Shown piece after piece: positions 63,660 to 64,000 of a stretch of 64,000 nucleotides of DNA. The number at the start of each line of letters is the position of its first letter. Positions within the stretch are counted from its first letter, which is position 1. The notes under the pieces are model-generated. The model had not been told where the DNA came from. It saw only the letters and a list, made by a program, of their open reading frames with translations, and did no database searches. The translations under genes were made by a program, and so were the position numbers. Location of the stretch: NCBI GenBank assembly GCA_951406725.2, contig OX597815.1:1364001-1428000 (forward strand), in the 5' to 3' direction. The DNA comes from Octopus vulgaris (Eukaryota).

Positions 63660-64000
63660 TGATAGTCTTACTGGAATCTGTATATTCTGTGATAAGAGAA
63701 ACAGAGAATGAAGGAGTTGCTGCTCAGGGGGAGATAATCGTTTCTTTCATCTTGTGGAAAAATCTTTTATTCAAAGAGTGAGAAGAGCCTCCACCTTTTT
63801 GCCTAGAATTCTTTTATTACTATTCTTTATTATGTATCATTTCATCTTCTTTTTCATTATATTATTATTATTATTAGTTATGTCAGAGTTCTTTTGTCTC
63901 ACAATATGTAACCTCATCATTGACTGTCTGTTTTTCAGACCCCCGCCTCTTCTCTTTGGTCTTGTCCTGTCTCAGATAAGATGGGAATGCCATGGTCAGA

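Overview
Eukaryotic, repeat-rich genomic DNA. The (CAT)n/(ATG)n-tailed RTE repeats and the SINE content suggest an octopus (coleoid cephalopod), but this is inference. Two spliced genes sit head-to-head on a ~310-bp promoter. (1) On the minus strand is a 7-exon, 265-codon thymidine kinase 1 (TK1)-family gene (24076->11170). Its frame is intact, its exon pattern matches TK1, and it keeps the P-loop lysine, four Zn cysteines and KEN/D-box motifs. However, the catalytic Glu and most thymidine-pocket residues are replaced, so it is a candidate TK1 pseudoenzyme. (2) On the plus strand is a 12-exon CCDC96/CFAP184-like ciliary coiled-coil gene (24389->61141). Its introns hold an antisense NASP-like pseudogene fragment, an ~8.1-kb 62-bp satellite grown from an RTE 3' UTR, a tRNA-headed palindrome with a hammerhead-like core, Penelope-like remnants, SINEs and MITE-like hairpins. 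Bases 1-10.2 kb are a nest of dead retroelements: a Gypsy element containing a solo LTR and an internally deleted LTR element, followed by a Penelope-like RT remnant and a CR1-like LINE. The huge ORFs at 48-56 kb are satellite artefacts. All gene models were assembled by eye from GT-AG sites and frame continuity; family assignments come from remembered motifs, not database searches.
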